Assembly: GCA_964016885.1 (NCBI GenBank)
Contig: CAXHJY010000658.1
Location: 46,254-110,253, forward strand
Direction of reading: 5' to 3'
DNA from: Eledone cirrhosa
Lineage: Eukaryota
Length of the DNA stretch: 64,000 nt
How positions within the stretch are numbered: position 1 is the stretch's first letter; each line of letters begins with the position of its first letter. This document shows positions 60,411-64,000 of the stretch, piece after piece. The notes beneath the pieces were generated by a model. That model did not search any database. It had not been told where the DNA came from and worked only from the letters and a program-made list of their open reading frames with translations. The translations under genes and the position numbers were made by a program.

Positions 60411-61278
60411 ACAAAAGTGTTGATGAGTAGAAAAGATGACAAAACCCTGATTCCGTCAGGGAAATGGCCATGTTCGATATGCAGAAAAGGAACTGGCATA
60501 AATTCTATAAAATGCACAAGAGATGTAGCGGGATAGCAGGCAAACTAACAGGTAGGGAGAAATATGTATGCAGTAGATGTACAGGGAAATTAGACAGTAG
60601 AAGTCGCACTGATAGACACATTTTTCAAATGCAAGAGGGCGCTATAGAAGTGGTGGATAGCTTCCGGTACCTAGGAGATCAGATTAGTATGGGAGGAGGG
60701 TGTTCCGAGGCCATAGTATCTATAATAAGGACGAGTTGGAAGAAGTTTAGGGAGCTACTTCCTCTGTTGACGAAGAAGGGTTTCTCCCTGCGTACGAAAG
60801 GCCGGTTGTATGATGCCTGTGTGAGGAGCGCGATGCTGCATGGTAGTGAGACATGGGCAGCAACTGCAGAGGATATGCGACGGCTGGAGAGAAATGAGGC
60901 AAGCATGCTCCGTTGGATGTGCAGTGTAAATGTGCGTAAACGACCCAGCATAAATGTGTTGAGAGAGAAACTGTGTCTGAGAGGGATAGAATGTAGTGTA
61001 CGGGAGAGGAGACTGAGGTGGTATGGACATGTGATGCGCATGGAGGATGACCGATGGGTGAAGAAGTGCCAGGAATTGCCAGTTGAAGGAAGACGTGGTA
61101 GAGGTAGACCACGAAAAACATGGGCGGAGGTGGTGAGAACAGACCTCAGATCATTGAAGCTCACGGTGGAGATGACGAGGGACTGTGACGAGTGGAGAGA
61201 TGCTGTGCTAAATAAGACTCGTCCCACCCTTGCAAGCAGGGAAAAGCGGACGTAAAATGATGATGATGATGATGATGA
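60411..61278 (+). mobile_element. 5'-truncated RTE-clade LINE with (TGA)n tail
   Basis: HKRCSGI..CSRC, FRYLG, KGRLYDACVRSAMLHGSETW, RLRWYGHVMR, GRRGRGRPRKTW. Confidence 0.93.
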
Positions 61279-61736
61279 TATATATATATATATATGAAAT
61301 CGTATATATATATATATAAAATTATATATATATATATATAAAATTATGTATATATATATATAAAATTATGTATATATATATATAAAATTATATATATATA
61401 TATATAAAATTATATATATATATATAAAAACAAATAACGAAACGAAATTAAATTTCGTTTCGTTTGTAACTCACTTTTGTATGACTGACGCCTAAACAAT
61501 TAAGTTAAAGATGTACATCCATATATGTATACTGAAATACTAGTATGTATATGAATACACACACGTATACATATGTAGATGTACCAAGTTTTTTCACTGG
61601 TCACTTTACTGTGAGTGGCCAGCTATTCTGTATGTAAACACACAGACAAACCGGTTTTTAGAGTCATACTGGTTTTTGAGGAAACACCTTTCCTCCATTC
61701 TCCAGAAAGCCAGACAAGGAATATTGAATATTGAAC

Positions 61737-62500
61737 GATGTGGAACCGACGTAGTTAAAAGAATTAATGTCCGTTTTAACATTACAGTTGTATATTATAT
61801 TTTTAACTAAGCAGTTGTTATTTAACGGACATTTAGATCTATCTCTACAGTTACATTTGTTAACTTGGATATTATTTATGGTATTATCGCTAGGTTTTAA
61901 GTTCCTGTTATTTATTCTATTAATATTTTGCGCTAAATTTTTGGTGGATGAGCAGGTTAGTTTTATAGTATGTCTATTGAAAATTGAGTGATACCTATGT
62001 GTTCTAGGGAAGCGATTATCGAGAGCTTTAAAAAATAGTTTAGCAATGTGGGTTTTAATGTTTAGTGAGAAAGGGGGGGGGGGGGGAAACCATATTATAT
62101 TCCTAGTTCTATTTCTTTTATGGCTTTTGGAATACAATAATTCCAAAAGCCATAAAACATTAATTCTTTTAACTACGTTGGTTCTACATCGACGGAATTT
62201 AAACTTCGCTATAACAACCACAAGAATTCTTTCACAGATCCATCCAAAAAATCTTCAACAGCACTATCAGGCGTACTCTGGCAACTTAGGCATGATAACG
62301 TTAGATATTCGACGACTTGGAATATAGTTTCAAGGGGGATTCCTTTTAATTCATCCTCTGAGACATGTGACCTCTGTGCGGAGGAGATATTCTTTATACT
62401 AAAATCTAAAAATTCCCTTAATCTACGGACAAATTTATTCAGTTGCTGCAGACATAGATTGAACTCAACGTTTAAATATAAATTTAAATTTAAAATGTAG
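61737..62500. pseudogene. PLE linker/GIY-YIG with 5' inversion (61737-62135 minus; 62157-62500 plus)
   Basis: Minus: IIWF..PF..CNCRDRSKCPLNNNC..NIIYNC..NYVGSTS; plus: NYVGSTSTEFKLRYNNHKNSF..ALSGVLWQL..CDLCAEE..CRHR. Confidence 0.88.
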
Positions 62501-63399
62501 TTATGTTTGTTTTGATTTGATTTGTAATTATTTATGAAACTAGCCGATAAATCTTTCGATTTCTTCTTTTTATTAAAACATTCTTTTTATTAAAACATTC
62601 TTTTTATTAAAACATTCTTCATGAATAATTAAACTACCCTAAAAGCTGATGCTCCAAATATATCGAATTAAATTTTAAACTAGATAAACTTCTATATTAT
62701 ATATAAGAACATATGTAGACCAAATGGGTATCCTAAACTTTTGGAATGATTTCTGCTAGACAGGATTTGGTAAACAATTTTTGTTTTATATGTTTCGACT
62801 CTGATGCTTATGATGATCTTGGCAATATATTGTCAATTAACTTTGAAAGGCTGATCTCTGTGTTTTATTTGTATTATTTTTTAATATTTTTTAATATTTT
62901 GTAATATTTTTTATTTTTAATATTAAATGTTTTAGTTTTCTGTTTATTTATTTATTTTCTTGTCTCTGATATTTTTATTTTTATTTTTATTAATATATTG
63001 AAATCTGTTCTCTATTTCTGCTTGATCGACAATCATGTAGAATAAAGACAAGAATAGTATTGTTAAAATTAAAATTAATATAGACTCTATTTATATGTGT
63101 ATATATACACACATATATGTATACTTGAATTTTTATAGCACAATGAGAATGTTTTCGTGTGAATTGGGAGTTTGTTTATAATTATGATATAAACATATGA
63201 ATTTTTAAAAACTAGACATAAGATCATTACTTTTCACACATTATAGATACATGTCTCATTCATGAATACTGGTACTTACATTATAATGCCTGTTTTATAC
63301 GAACTAATATTTTCTACGGATAAAACACAGCGGTTTTAAATTCTGCATCGTTTATGTCTGGTTATGTTTCATTTTCTCTTTTTCATTTTCTCTTTTTTT

Positions 63400-63985
63400 C
63401 TCTCTATATAACGGCTATTTTCTCTCTTAACTACATACATCTCTCTTTACTAGAGCTAAATAAATAAATAAATAAATAAATAAATGTATCAACCGATACT
63501 CAACTTCCTAATTTCTCTATCTATCTCTATCTATCTCTTTCTTTTTTTTCCTCTCTCTATATATATTTCTCTCTGTTTCTTTACATGAAGGTCTTCTCTT
63601 TATCTATCTTTCTTTATCCCTCTATTTAGTCACATACATTTCTTCTTTTTCTTCGTTTCGCTTTCTTTCTCTCTTTATCTCTTTCTTTTTACCACTGTCC
63701 ACAATTTGTTACTGCCAAATCAACCTCACAAATGCAAGGTGATTGAAAGGTATGTCGTATCTATTTATTTATAAGACTGTTTATATTGTATTTTGTCTGA
63801 AGATGGCATAACATATTGTTAATATGATATCCCTGAAATATATATAACGAAATAAATATGGTTTTATAAATATAGTTTCCATTTATTTAATATCATAAAT
63901 ATACTCCAAATACTTGTTGAGTGCTTTTATATCAGTTATAAATATTTACTCGTTGTTAACCCAACAATTTAAATATAACTTTCCA
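63400..63985 (+). mobile_element. PLE 3' terminal region (family C)
   Basis: Homologous to the reverse complement of 6346-6570. Confidence 0.7.
63789..63854 (+). ncRNA. Type I HHR
   Basis: tattttgt-CTGAAGA-stem II-GAAA-T-ATAT-A-TA-acgaaata. Confidence 0.75.
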
Positions 63986-64000
63986 TATATATATATATAT

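Overview
Eukaryotic, very AT-rich and microsatellite-dense window with a repeat landscape typical of cephalopod (octopus-like) genomes. Nearly all ORFs in the track are translations of (TA)n, (CA)n or (CAC)n repeats. Supported content: (i) a dense cluster of at least 8 coding fragments of Penelope-like retroelements (PLEs; RT + GIY-YIG) from several families at 36-64 kb, mostly inserted in (TA)n, one nearly full length (45.0-49.5 kb); (ii) about 15 type-I hammerhead ribozyme (HHR) motifs in PLE terminal regions, including core variants (U3-A8, A13C, A6G) and versions with very long stem II inserts; (iii) more than 10 fold-back (inverted duplication) PLE-terminus insertions with a shared architecture; (iv) RTE LINE fragments, tRNA-derived SINEs, two Tc1/mariner-type non-autonomous transposons; (v) a 34-bp satellite and a 13-kb higher-order minisatellite; (vi) a tentative chain of phase-compatible minus-strand host exons. 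All calls were made by eye and boundaries are approximate.
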